Shown one piece after another: positions 18,877 to 27,679 of a stretch of 31,595 nt of DNA. Source of the DNA: an uncultured Deferribacteres bacterium (lineage in GTDB: Bacteria; Zhuqueibacterota; Zhuqueibacteria; Zhuqueibacterales; Geothermadaptataceae); the NCBI GenBank assembly GCA_964014485.1, contig CAXHAT010000085.1, positions 1 through 31,595 of the forward strand, given 5' to 3'. Under the pieces are notes generated by a model. The model was given only the letters and a program-made list of their open reading frames with translations, made no database searches and had not been told where the DNA came from. The position numbers were made by a program, and so were the translations under genes. Every line of letters starts with the position of its first letter. The stretch's first letter is position 1.

Positions 18877-20148
18877 TTAGGCTTTTCGAGTTAAAGTATG
18901 GTCTAATGGAAAAGTCTTTTCAGCATTTCTTCGAGGGGCGAAAAAGCTTCTAATTCTTGCCGTCAGTTTTACCAAAACAGGGCGCGCGTTTCTCCAAAAG
19001 ATGTGCGGCAGCGCCAAAGTCTCTTTCAAGAACGGCTTCATGTCGTCACCGGCCAAAACGGCAAAAATCTTGTTGTTTGCCAAGTATGGCGTGAAATAGT
19101 CGCGCCAGGCGTTTTGGTCGCGACGGCGACGAAGAAGCGCGTTAAAAAGATCCGCATAGAATTCGATCCAGTACACGCCGGCTTTGTAATTTTTGACCGT
19201 AACTTCTGTTTTTTCGGCCAGATCGAGATAGATCATCCAAGGGAAATTTGCGCCGCAAGTCGTAGCCAGCAGATTGGTGCGGTTGGCGCGTACATTGACT
19301 TCGATGAGCTTGAGCTTACCGTCGCGCGCGTCCTTTTTGAATTCAACGTTGCACAAGCCTTGTAAACCAGCGGCCTTCAAAAGTCGTTTCGACAAGAGTT
19401 CGACTTCCGGATTGCGAGGCTCGCTCACACCCACGCGCATGACGCCAAATTGCGGCGGATTCTGGCGTAATTTTCGGTAAAAAAAACTGTTCGACATTTC
19501 GCCGCGTGAATTGACGTAAGTCAGCATTTTATAAATTGCATCATCGTCGCCGGGAATGATTTCTTGCACGATGACTTCGACGCCCGCTTCCAGGCAAAGA
19601 GCAAATTTGCGCTCACACTCTTCAAAATTATTCGCCTGGAAAACCTTGGCGTTAAAAGCCTTTTTGAAGAGATGCCCTTCAACCGGCTTGAGAATACAGG
19701 GAAAAGAAAGCGCGTCTTTGATTCTGCGAAGCTCGACGATTGAGCACGGACGCCAGCTCTTGGGGAAAGGTACGCCGCATTTTTCCGCCAGCCGGTAGGT
19801 CTCACGTTTTTCGATGAAAAGCCGCATTTTGTCCCAGTCCTCAGCGGCGATTTTGTAGTGTTTGGCGAGCGTCGCTTTGTTTTGTGAAATCGCAACCGCG
19901 GCGTGATCATCCGTGTCAAACAAAACGGCTTCCGGCCAGTGATGTGCATTCTCGAGCAGAAAACGAACAAAGGCGTCGCGCTCATTGGTCGGGTGCGGCG
20001 CTTGCACGGCTTCGCTGACGTAACGAGAATGCTGCGCAATATCGCTGCTTTCGTAAGAGACGGCGACAACCGGCACGCCCATACGCCCCAAAGCGCGAAC
20101 GACGCCGAGACCGCTGACGTGACAACCGATGACGATGGCGTGTTTCAT
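18877..20148 (-). CDS. ATP-grasp carboxylate-amine ligase (D-aspartate ligase-like)
   Basis: 'LGVVRALGRMGVPV', 'FPCILKP', 'VQEIIPG', 'NVEFKKD.RDG.LKLIEVNVR'. Confidence 0.85.
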   Translation of the reverse strand: MKHAIVIGCHVSGLGVVRALGRMGVPVVAVSYESSDIAQHSRYVSEAVQAPHPTNERDAFVRFLLENAHHWPEAVLFDTDDHAAVAISQNKATLAKHYKIAAEDWDKMRLFIEKRETYRLAEKCGVPFPKSWRPCSIVELRRIKDALSFPCILKPVEGHLFKKAFNAKVFQANNFEECERKFALCLEAGVEVIVQEIIPGDDDAIYKMLTYVNSRGEMSNSFFYRKLRQNPPQFGVMRVGVSEPRNPEVELLSKRLLKAAGLQGLCNVEFKKDARDGKLKLIEVNVRANRTNLLATTCGANFPWMIYLDLAEKTEVTVKNYKAGVYWIEFYADLFNALLRRRRDQNAWRDYFTPYLANNKIFAVLAGDDMKPFLKETLALPHIFWRNARPVLVKLTARIRSFFAPRRNAEKTFPLDHTLTRKA

Positions 20149-21083
20149 GATGCGTACAGCCTGCGGTTTCTATAAAGTTTGTCTTTGCTTGATTCAATAG
20201 CCTGGATCGTTGACAGAAAAGCGTGTCCGAGCAAAGCCTTGAGCGGATTCTTCGGAAAAACGGCAAAATGGTCTTTTTTCAAAGCGTCCCAATTCCAGGC
20301 GTTTGCGGTGTTCGAGCTAACCGTGATCGACGGCGAAAGCATTTTTGCCGTGTGCCACCAGCCCGCCGGCATGAACATGCCTTCACCAGCTTTCAACGTG
20401 CAGCGGATCGGCGTTGCTTTCAGGAAAAGCGGAAATTTATCGTAATCCGCGTTTTCAATATCCGGGATTGTCGAAACGTTAGCGACGTTGCGGGCGTTCT
20501 TTTTCGGATAAAGCAACGGCCCCTGATCAGGCGGGAAAATAATGTATTCCTTTTCGCCGTAAATTTGGAAAAGAAACGCGTAGCCGTGATAGTTGTCCCA
20601 ATGCAAGTAGGGAAACTTGCTGCCGACGCCGCCAATGAAAAGATCGGTGCGGCCTTCGCGAATGCGCGCCGGAATGAGACGATTGTTGAACCAATTTGGC
20701 TGCATGAAGACCGGCAACGGATCAACGTCTTTTTGCAATTCAGGAAACCATTCCCGAATCGCCGCATTGCGAAAATAGGGCAGGTTTTCCGGTTGCGTCG
20801 CTGGAGAAGCGAGCACTTCGTCGATGAATTCTCCCATCGTCAAATTGTTTATGCCGATATTCATATGCTGGTAGTTTTCTCTGAAAAATTCCGGAGTCCA
20901 CTTACCCAAAGCCGCCCAATGATCGATGGCGTCTTCAAAAATGACCGGTTTGTTTGGCTTGAGAAATTCTTGTTCAAAGATGCGATAAGGGAGATTCCTG
21001 CACCGCTCCACACCGGAAGCGGCGGCATTACTGAGAGAACCGTTTTTCTCGACGGCGTCGATTTTTACAGCTTGTTCAATCAT
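20145..21083 (-). CDS. JmjC/cupin_8 Fe(II)/2-oxoglutarate-dependent dioxygenase
   Basis: 'NKPVI...AIDHW.AL.KWTP', HxD in 'LHWD', 'QIYGEK', 'GE.MFMPAGWWH'. Confidence 0.85.
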   Translation of the reverse strand: MIEQAVKIDAVEKNGSLSNAAASGVERCRNLPYRIFEQEFLKPNKPVIFEDAIDHWAALGKWTPEFFRENYQHMNIGINNLTMGEFIDEVLASPATQPENLPYFRNAAIREWFPELQKDVDPLPVFMQPNWFNNRLIPARIREGRTDLFIGGVGSKFPYLHWDNYHGYAFLFQIYGEKEYIIFPPDQGPLLYPKKNARNVANVSTIPDIENADYDKFPLFLKATPIRCTLKAGEGMFMPAGWWHTAKMLSPSITVSSNTANAWNWDALKKDHFAVFPKNPLKALLGHAFLSTIQAIESSKDKLYRNRRLYAS

Positions 21084-21114
21084 CTTTTCCTCGCTGGGGT
21101 TAAGTTCTTGACCT

Positions 21115-21147
21115 AACCCTGACAGGGCATGGAGTCCTGTCAGGGTT
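21115..21147. repeat. Intergenic hairpin AACCCTGACAGG-N9-CCTGTCAGGGTT (REP-like or mRNA-stabilising)
   Basis: Perfect 12-bp stem between the deacetylase and JmjC genes; no clear U-tract on the - strand. Confidence 0.6.
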
Positions 21148-21154
21148 TCACGTA

Positions 21155-22105
21155 TTAGGCCGCCAATTGTCGTTTATTCGCTGTGCGGCGCTCTTTCCAA
21201 AAAGTCGCCGTTTCGCGCGGCAAGGCGTGCCAGTAAGCGCCGGCATATTCAGTTTTTACATAAGTCAAAAACTCGTGATAGATTTCTACCGGGAATTCTT
21301 CGCGCTTCATCGGCGAGTCGCCAAAATTGAGGTAGTCGGGATGCACGTTCACCAGCGCCATTCCGCCGTTCTCAGCCAGCCAATCGAGTTTTTTCTTCCA
21401 AATTGATGCGTTTTTTTCGCCAAGCAGAATAAACAGAGTAAAATCCTGCGGCAGCGTGTAAGGCATTTCGATATACCCCGAATCTCCGCCAACCTTGAAA
21501 GGGAAAATGGCGCCGACGCCGTCGGATTGCGGCTCGAACGGATCAACGTCAAACGTCGAAGCGTCGTAGAGAACATTGAGTTTTCTTAGCCATTCAAGAT
21601 TGTGGTGCATGGCGGGGGAGCGAAAGCCGACGGCGTCCCAATCGCGCAAATAGCCGTTGATTTTGGCCGCGCGCTTTTCGAAAACCTGCTGCGAAGCGTA
21701 GAGTTTGCCGTCATGGTTCAGGCCGTGAACGCCGACTTCAAAACCGCTCTCTGCTATCTGCTTGCGCAACAACGGGCTTACGTTGTAGCGCTCTGGGACA
21801 AAATTAAAACTGGAGCGAAAACCAAGCTCTTCTTCGAGGCGGAGCAGTTGCAAACACTTGTCATGTCCGCCCTGAAGTTCAACGTCGTGGGTCAGTACAA
21901 ATGCGAATTGCTTGCCTTGCGGCCAACCGCGCCAGTTGTAGGGTCTGCTTTTCACTGTGCTGGGATCGATCGGCCAAACTTGCTCAAACATTGGCGTACG
22001 CTTGGCGATCCATTGCCTTCTGAGCGCGAGTTGTAAGCTGCGCGGCATAACGGGCTTGGCCGCGTAATACATTTTTCTGAGTGTGCTCTGGTTCATTTTC
22101 ATCAA
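21155..22105 (-). CDS. Polysaccharide deacetylase (CE4/NodB-like)
   Basis: 'LTHDVE', 'HGLNH', 'GFRSP', 'YDAST', 'HPDY'. Confidence 0.85.
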   Translation of the reverse strand: MMKMNQSTLRKMYYAAKPVMPRSLQLALRRQWIAKRTPMFEQVWPIDPSTVKSRPYNWRGWPQGKQFAFVLTHDVELQGGHDKCLQLLRLEEELGFRSSFNFVPERYNVSPLLRKQIAESGFEVGVHGLNHDGKLYASQQVFEKRAAKINGYLRDWDAVGFRSPAMHHNLEWLRKLNVLYDASTFDVDPFEPQSDGVGAIFPFKVGGDSGYIEMPYTLPQDFTLFILLGEKNASIWKKKLDWLAENGGMALVNVHPDYLNFGDSPMKREEFPVEIYHEFLTYVKTEYAGAYWHALPRETATFWKERRTANKRQLAA

Positions 22106-23130
22106 CCCATGTGTGGATATGCTAAACGTCCGACAACCTTCAAAGCCGGGATCGGCAAGCCGCGAAAAATTTTGGTAAAAACGTTCTCGCCACTCTGTTT
22201 TGTCGTTGCCGCTTGCGGTTTACTTAACAGATTTTCACGATAGTAGCCTATCACGCTTTCTTCTGCGCCCCAGCCCAACTTGAAATGCCGCAGTCCTTTG
22301 TTTGAAACGTCCGTGCGCCCAAAGTTCAGAGATTTCATGTCCAGATTTTGCAATTGCCGGATCGCTTGCCAGATCAGCAGATTGTTGGCTTTGAGGTGTG
22401 AGAAAGCAGGGTTTGACGCAGCGAATTTGTAAATAGCCCTGTCCGCAAAGTGGAAAAAGACGGCGCCGGCGACAGGCTCGTTTTTATGGTATGCGATGGT
22501 GACAAACCCGAGCCCCGGTTTAATAATGTGAGTGTGGATGTTGCGAAAAAACGCGATTGATTGCGGCGGTACGCCATGTTTTTTTCGGGTCAAGCAATGC
22601 ATCTTAAAGTATTGTTCCACCATTTCAACGCTATCACCGCTGTCAATCGCAAGGTCGAGCTTTTCAGCTTTGCGAATATTGCGGCGCATGTTGTTTCGGA
22701 ATGCGGCGAACAATTTTTCCGCAGATGAAGAAAGATCAAGTTGATGTAGGTAATATTTCCCCCCGGAAGGTTTCCGTAACACGCTCTCAGCATCACGAAA
22801 TTCGACATATTTCCAACCGCGTTGCGCGCCGGTTTCGCGAAGCAAGTGCAACGCTTCGACGCTGTATGCCGGTTCTGAAAAATGGGCTGAACAAACATCG
22901 GTAAAGGGCAGAGACGCCGCTCGTTTGCCGGTTAACAAACTCTTCACTTCCATCAAGGGAATCAGCGTTTGGAATTTATTATGTTCCGTCTCTATTAAGT
23001 AATTCGGGCGGTAGCCGTACGTTTCGCTTAAAACGCGCGCCCAGGCTTGCGTGTAGAAAAACGAATTCACGCCGCTGTCTAACAGCGTTTCATTCCAGTT
23101 TTTTTGTTCAAGCGGATTGATAAATCTCAT
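22102..23130 (-). CDS. FemAB-like/GNAT acyltransferase (Acetyltransf_6-type)
   Basis: 'SLPFTD', 'RRNIRKAEK', 'KKHGVPPQ...FF', 'ANNLLIWQAI', 'FGRTD..N.GL..FK.GWG'. Confidence 0.8.
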   Translation of the reverse strand: MRFINPLEQKNWNETLLDSGVNSFFYTQAWARVLSETYGYRPNYLIETEHNKFQTLIPLMEVKSLLTGKRAASLPFTDVCSAHFSEPAYSVEALHLLRETGAQRGWKYVEFRDAESVLRKPSGGKYYLHQLDLSSSAEKLFAAFRNNMRRNIRKAEKLDLAIDSGDSVEMVEQYFKMHCLTRKKHGVPPQSIAFFRNIHTHIIKPGLGFVTIAYHKNEPVAGAVFFHFADRAIYKFAASNPAFSHLKANNLLIWQAIRQLQNLDMKSLNFGRTDVSNKGLRHFKLGWGAEESVIGYYRENLLSKPQAATTKQSGENVFTKIFRGLPIPALKVVGRLAYPHMG

Positions 23131-23196
23131 TTTCCCGTCCAGTCTGTGTGGTATTTACATATTTTTCAAATTAAACCTTCCTGGTTAAATCACCGC

Positions 23197-24090
23197 TCAG
23201 GCAGCCGTCCTGGCCGCCTTGTGCGAGCTGGTGATTGATTTATTCTGGGGTTGTTTCATTTTCCAATAATCAGCGACCAGCCCCAAAATCGCAGGGATTG
23301 TTCGCAGCATAATGGCGAGATCAAGAATGATTGAAGCGTTGCGCGCGTACTCAACGTCCATCTCGATCATTTCAGAAAAAGTCAGTTTGTTTTTGCCGCT
23401 GACCTGCCAAAGCCCCGTCATTCCCGGCAATGCGTTAAAGCGCTCGCGTTCAGCGTAGTTGAAGAGTTCCGCTTCGCCGGCCAGGCATGGGCGCGGCCCC
23501 ACCAGGCTCATCTCGCCTTTCAAAACGTTGATCAATTGCGGCAATTCATCGATTCCGGTTTGACGCAGGATGTTTCCAAATGGAATGATTCGCGCATCTT
23601 TCGTATCGAGTTTTGTCATTGGCTTGCCGCTTTTCATCAGCGCTTTTACGTGAGCCTCGTGATTTTTTGTGGTCGCATTCTGATGCATTGTGCGAAACTT
23701 CCAGAGCGTGAACGGTTTGCCGCGATAGCCAATTCTTTGTTGTTTGAAGAAAACAGGGCCGGGCGAAACAAGCTTGATCAGGACAACGGTCAGCAAAAAC
23801 GTCGGTGCGGAAACGGCCAGGATGACCGCGCCCAAAGCCAAGTCCAAAGCGCGCTTCCCGCGAGAAATTGACCGCGAAAACTTTGCACGTTTTGAATTTT
23901 GAGCGCGAGCAATTCTCGCCAAAAACGAAACGTGTCTGCGGCGATGATTAAAGCCGGTTGAGGTCCAGGTGTCTTCAAAGTTGCGGTCATGATTTTGAAT
24001 TGATTTTTTGCGGTGATTTGTTGTCGTTCCGCCGTGTGTGAAACGACCTTTTTTGTACAATAATTCTGGGGGTTCTGTGAACTGAATCAT
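23197..24090 (-). CDS. Priming sugar-phosphate transferase (bacterial sugar transferase, short form)
   Basis: 'KRALDL', 'SPGPVFFKQQRIG', 'KFRTM', 'DELPQLINVLKGEMSLVGPRP', 'PGMTGLWQV'. SD GAGG precedes the ATG at 24090, but the start is uncertain. Confidence 0.9.
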   Translation of the reverse strand: MIQFTEPPELLYKKGRFTHGGTTTNHRKKSIQNHDRNFEDTWTSTGFNHRRRHVSFLARIARAQNSKRAKFSRSISRGKRALDLALGAVILAVSAPTFLLTVVLIKLVSPGPVFFKQQRIGYRGKPFTLWKFRTMHQNATTKNHEAHVKALMKSGKPMTKLDTKDARIIPFGNILRQTGIDELPQLINVLKGEMSLVGPRPCLAGEAELFNYAERERFNALPGMTGLWQVSGKNKLTFSEMIEMDVEYARNASIILDLAIMLRTIPAILGLVADYWKMKQPQNKSITSSHKAARTAA

Positions 24091-24139
24091 GGCGTCCTCT
24101 CAGCAGTGTTGTGAACTTTTCAGAGAACCCCGGAATAAA

Positions 24140-24169
24140 TCTGAGAGCGGAATTCCTTACCCGCTCAGA
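24140..24169 (-). terminator. Hairpin after the SLBB gene (weak terminator or stabiliser)
   Basis: TCTGAGCGG...CCGCTCTCAGA on the - strand, followed by TTTATT. Confidence 0.35.
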
Positions 24170-24174
24170 CTGAG

Positions 24175-24696
24175 CTAATTTCTTTTTGCTTCGTTGATGT
24201 AGAAGTAAAATTGCGCGACCAAAACGGCTCTGGAAAATACGTCGAAGAACTTGGCGACTGAGCGTGATTTCGTGCCTGTAATCACCACCGTATCGTCCGG
24301 CAGCAGTTGAGGAATCAGCTTGCGGTTGCCTGTTTTAAAGAACTTTTTCAGGTCAACCTTGATAATTTTGGACTGGGGAGTTCCGCCTTTTTTCGCCGTG
24401 AAAGTGCGCACGACTTTGACGTTCGTGATCTTCGCGCCTTCCTTAAATCCGCCTGCGTAAGCAACCAGCGTAATCAAGTCCGTCCGAAAAGGAATCATAT
24501 ATTGTCCCGGCTTGTTGACCAGGCCGAGAATATTAACAGGCAGCAAAAGCTCATTGTCATCGCCGATTTTAAACCGCGACGGCATGTCGTTGTCAGCGGT
24601 GACGGACGCTGTCAAATTATCCTGCGCAAATCCGTTTTCAGCGCCTAACGCGGCGACCAACAGCAGTGGAAAAAGTTTTGCTAAAAATCGTTTCAT
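24175..24696 (-). CDS. SLBB-domain periplasmic protein (Wza-related export component)
   Basis: Signal peptide; 'VNILGLVNKPGQY.IP..TDL...AYAGG', 'L.PDDTVVI'; C-terminal amphipathic helix. Confidence 0.8.
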   Translation of the reverse strand: MKRFLAKLFPLLLVAALGAENGFAQDNLTASVTADNDMPSRFKIGDDNELLLPVNILGLVNKPGQYMIPFRTDLITLVAYAGGFKEGAKITNVKVVRTFTAKKGGTPQSKIIKVDLKKFFKTGNRKLIPQLLPDDTVVITGTKSRSVAKFFDVFSRAVLVAQFYFYINEAKRN

Positions 24697-24726
24697 GATC
24701 CGCCTCCTCGCGAATTTATGTTTTGT

Positions 24727-27147
24727 TTAAGCGTATTCTTTCGAATTGTAGTAGCTGTAGTAATTCTGAAATTGCTTTTTATCGACACGATTCAGGACGG
24801 ACGCGAACAAGCGTTGATCCGAATCCTGCACCGTCGATTTGAAAGTTTGCAAAGTATAATTCAGCGTCTTTTTGTCGATTTTGCCCGAAGCGTTACAAAA
24901 GAGCACCGCATCGGAATGGTTGGAAATAAACGCCGTATCGAGCAGACCGATTAACGGCGGAGTATCGAGAATCACAACGTCAGCAATTGACTTGAAGTAG
25001 CTGAATATTTGCGGCCAGGCTTTTGAAGACCAAATACGCAGAGGGTTCACCGTCGAACGCCCAGCCGGAATGAGTTTGAGATTATCCACACGGGTTTGCA
25101 CGAGCACTTTGGCCAATTCTCGCTGCACAAACTGGCGTGACACACTGACGTTTTCACGTTTCTTTTTTTCTTCCGGCGGCATGCCGAGCATTGTCACGCC
25201 AGTCGTCGCTCTGGGGCGCAGTTCGTTAGCGCCGGGTAACATCGCCGCTCCCGCGAGATCGATATTGGCAAAAAACTCGGTCAAACCCGGCGCTTTGCGA
25301 ATATCGAAGAATGCGTGCTGCGTGGGGCGGCGGAGGTCGGCGTCGATGAGCAACGTTTTTTCACCAAGCTGGGCGCAAGTCGTCGCCAGCATTCGTGCGA
25401 TGCTCGATTTTCCTTCGTCTGGCGTCGAGCTTGTAAGAACGACCGTAGCGGGCCACGCCAATTCCTGTCGGAGTTTATAATAAAGCTTTTGAACTTCTCC
25501 AGCGAGCATGACGCGCTCCATCGAAGCGCCGTTCCGCGCTGTTGCAATGTATGGCGTGGCGGCCTTGCTATATTTATCGAAATCACGCTTGATTTCCGGC
25601 AAGGCGGCAAGAACCGGGGCCCCGATCATATCTTCTAAATCTTGCGGAGTCACGACGCGGGCGCTGCGCAAAACTTCCGTGAAGAGAATGAAACCAACCC
25701 ACAGAACCACGCTCAACAAACCGGCGATTATGAAGTTCAACATTTTGTTTGGAGAAACCGGGGTCTTCGGGCGCTTGGCAAGATCAATGATGCGGATATT
25801 GCCGAGTTGCGAGGCTTCCTTAATGCGAGCACGCTCCTTTTCTTCCAGTAAATTCATGTAAAGCTTGTGGTTGACGTCTTTTTCGCGAGTCAAGCGATAG
25901 AGCGTCATTTCAGCTTCAGGGATGCGGCGCAACGATTGGCGGTATGTCGCAAGAAGGTTTTCCAGATTTGCTTCTTTAGCGCGCAGAGCCTGTAATTCGA
26001 CTTCAAGCGCGACCGACTCCGCGATATATTTTTCGATCTGAGAAAGCGGGTCAAGAATCTTTTCTGCGTTGCCTTTTCGGTTAAACTCAACCGCGGCGTT
26101 AACGAGCTGGCCCTTCAGCTTTCTAATGTCTTCCTGCAAGTCCAGCATCTTAGGATTGTCCGGCGGTAAATTTTGCAGGAGCAGGTTGGAGTGCATAACT
26201 TCCGCTTCTACCAGGCGCTGCTTCAAACGTGCGACCAACGGGCTGGTGGTCATGATAACGTTGGCTTCCAAATCCGCCCGTTCGGTGCGTAGTTTTTGCT
26301 TGATAGAACTCAGTTTTTCTTGAAGCTGCTCACGATCGCCGCGAACTTGGTTGAAAGTGATTTCCGCCTGTGTGAAGCGCTGAATAAGCGCGCTTGATTC
26401 ATCTTCAATTGAAGTGATTTTGTTCTTTTCTTTAAAAGCCCTGAGCGCATCTTCCGATTTCCGCAAACGTTGCTGCACAATCTCAATCTGGCCGTCAACA
26501 AACGTCTTGAGCGAACCGTATTGCTCCTTTCGCATTCCCAAATTCACATTAATAAGGACGCCGGCGGCGGTGTTAGCGAGGATGCGGGAAAAAGCGGCGT
26601 TCTCCGATTCGAAAGCGATCTTGATCACTTTCGTTTTACGAACCGGAGAAACGTAGAGGTTTTCCTGGATGTAAGTCACCAGCTTCTCGTCCATTGTCGG
26701 CGTCCTGGATTCGTTGCCGTCTTTAATCAACGCTTTGACGGCTCTCATTTTTTCTTTCAAATAACGAACGCCGTCCCGGGTGCTCGAAACCTGTCCGAGT
26801 TCCGTGACTTCAGCGTCGTTAATTTTAAAATCAGAAAATTCTCTCTGGACGGAATCCCCAAGCGCAGCGAAGACGTCACTCGCAAACTGGCGGGTTTGCA
26901 TGCGCTCGACCTGGTTCGCGATAAAATCGTCTTCAGCAAAAGACGCGAACGGGTTTTGCGCCAACGCACTTTCGTTTTGTTCAAAAATCACTTTCGCTGT
27001 AGCGCGAAATGTTGGCAGCGACGCTTGATTAAAAACAAGCGCGGGAATCAATGCGCCCAAAAAACAAAGCACGAGCAATTTTCTGCGCGATTTGAGCAAA
27101 TCCAAAAAGTCGGTGAAGCTGGCGGCGGCTGGCGTTTCGTTTTGCAT
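24727..27147 (-). CDS. wzc: Polysaccharide co-polymerase / tyrosine autokinase (Wzc/GumC)
   Basis: Two TM helices flanking a coiled coil; Walker A 'STPDEGKS', A' 'IDADLRRP', B 'ILDTPP'; Tyr cluster 'NYYSYYNSKEY'. ATG at 27147 is preferred over TTG at 27177. Confidence 0.9.
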   Translation of the reverse strand: MQNETPAAASFTDFLDLLKSRRKLLVLCFLGALIPALVFNQASLPTFRATAKVIFEQNESALAQNPFASFAEDDFIANQVERMQTRQFASDVFAALGDSVQREFSDFKINDAEVTELGQVSSTRDGVRYLKEKMRAVKALIKDGNESRTPTMDEKLVTYIQENLYVSPVRKTKVIKIAFESENAAFSRILANTAAGVLINVNLGMRKEQYGSLKTFVDGQIEIVQQRLRKSEDALRAFKEKNKITSIEDESSALIQRFTQAEITFNQVRGDREQLQEKLSSIKQKLRTERADLEANVIMTTSPLVARLKQRLVEAEVMHSNLLLQNLPPDNPKMLDLQEDIRKLKGQLVNAAVEFNRKGNAEKILDPLSQIEKYIAESVALEVELQALRAKEANLENLLATYRQSLRRIPEAEMTLYRLTREKDVNHKLYMNLLEEKERARIKEASQLGNIRIIDLAKRPKTPVSPNKMLNFIIAGLLSVVLWVGFILFTEVLRSARVVTPQDLEDMIGAPVLAALPEIKRDFDKYSKAATPYIATARNGASMERVMLAGEVQKLYYKLRQELAWPATVVLTSSTPDEGKSSIARMLATTCAQLGEKTLLIDADLRRPTQHAFFDIRKAPGLTEFFANIDLAGAAMLPGANELRPRATTGVTMLGMPPEEKKKRENVSVSRQFVQRELAKVLVQTRVDNLKLIPAGRSTVNPLRIWSSKAWPQIFSYFKSIADVVILDTPPLIGLLDTAFISNHSDAVLFCNASGKIDKKTLNYTLQTFKSTVQDSDQRLFASVLNRVDKKQFQNYYSYYNSKEYA

Positions 27148-27329
27148 GACTTTGCCTTTCAGGTAAACGGCGTTCAAAGTTGAATTTTTGCAAGGGGTGA
27201 AGCGCGAGGTGCAATGCTAAAAAATAGAACCGGACGTACTTCTTCGATGCGCAGCGGTTGCTGAAAAAATCGAAACGTTCTGGAGTTGGGAAATACCGAA
27301 GGCGAGTGTCGTGGCGAGAGGCAAATCAA

Positions 27330-27362
27330 TTATCGAGGCGCCGTGTTAGAGCGCCTCGATAA
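27330..27362 (-). promoter_or_regulatory. 12-bp-stem hairpin in the wzc operon leader (possible attenuator)
   Basis: TTATCGAGGCGC-N9-GCGCCTCGATAA, followed on the - strand by TTGATTT. Confidence 0.45.
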
Positions 27363-27432
27363 GCTTTCGGTCTTTCAACCGAGTGTGTACGTGTTGAGCA
27401 AATGCGTTAATCATGAAGTTGCCGCGACTGAA

Positions 27433-27448
27433 TGCAAAGCCAATGCCA
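27433..27448 (-). promoter_or_regulatory. Putative sigma54 (-24/-12) promoter of the polysaccharide operon
   Basis: The - strand reads TGGCAT-TGGCT-TTGCA, close to the consensus TGGCAC-N5-TTGCW, about 290 nt upstream of wzc. Confidence 0.7.
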
Positions 27449-27679
27449 TAAAATTTTGTGCGTAAAAACTAATGCGCTTCCGGCGATTCAAATCACATTT
27501 TCAGGCTATGTTTTACAATATGTTACAAGAATTTTTCTTAGATTCGGTTTTCATAGCCTCGCTGCAAAGGCGAAGAAATACAGCCCTGCGCAAACTATGC
27601 ACAAGAGCATTTGGGGCAGTGTGAATGATTTGCAGAAGTAGGCAAATTCTATTTTGAAGAACAGGGTTATCACTACAGG

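Noticed and set aside
20223..21116. 297-aa plus-strand ORF
   Set aside because: Antisense shadow of the JmjC gene with no recognisable motifs.
26470..27183. 237-aa plus-strand ORF
   Set aside because: Antisense shadow of wzc.
27355..27400. c-di-GMP-I riboswitch suggested by the GAAA-loop hairpin
   Set aside because: The flanking GGCAAA and GnCGCAAAGC elements are absent; an Rfam scan would be needed to support it.
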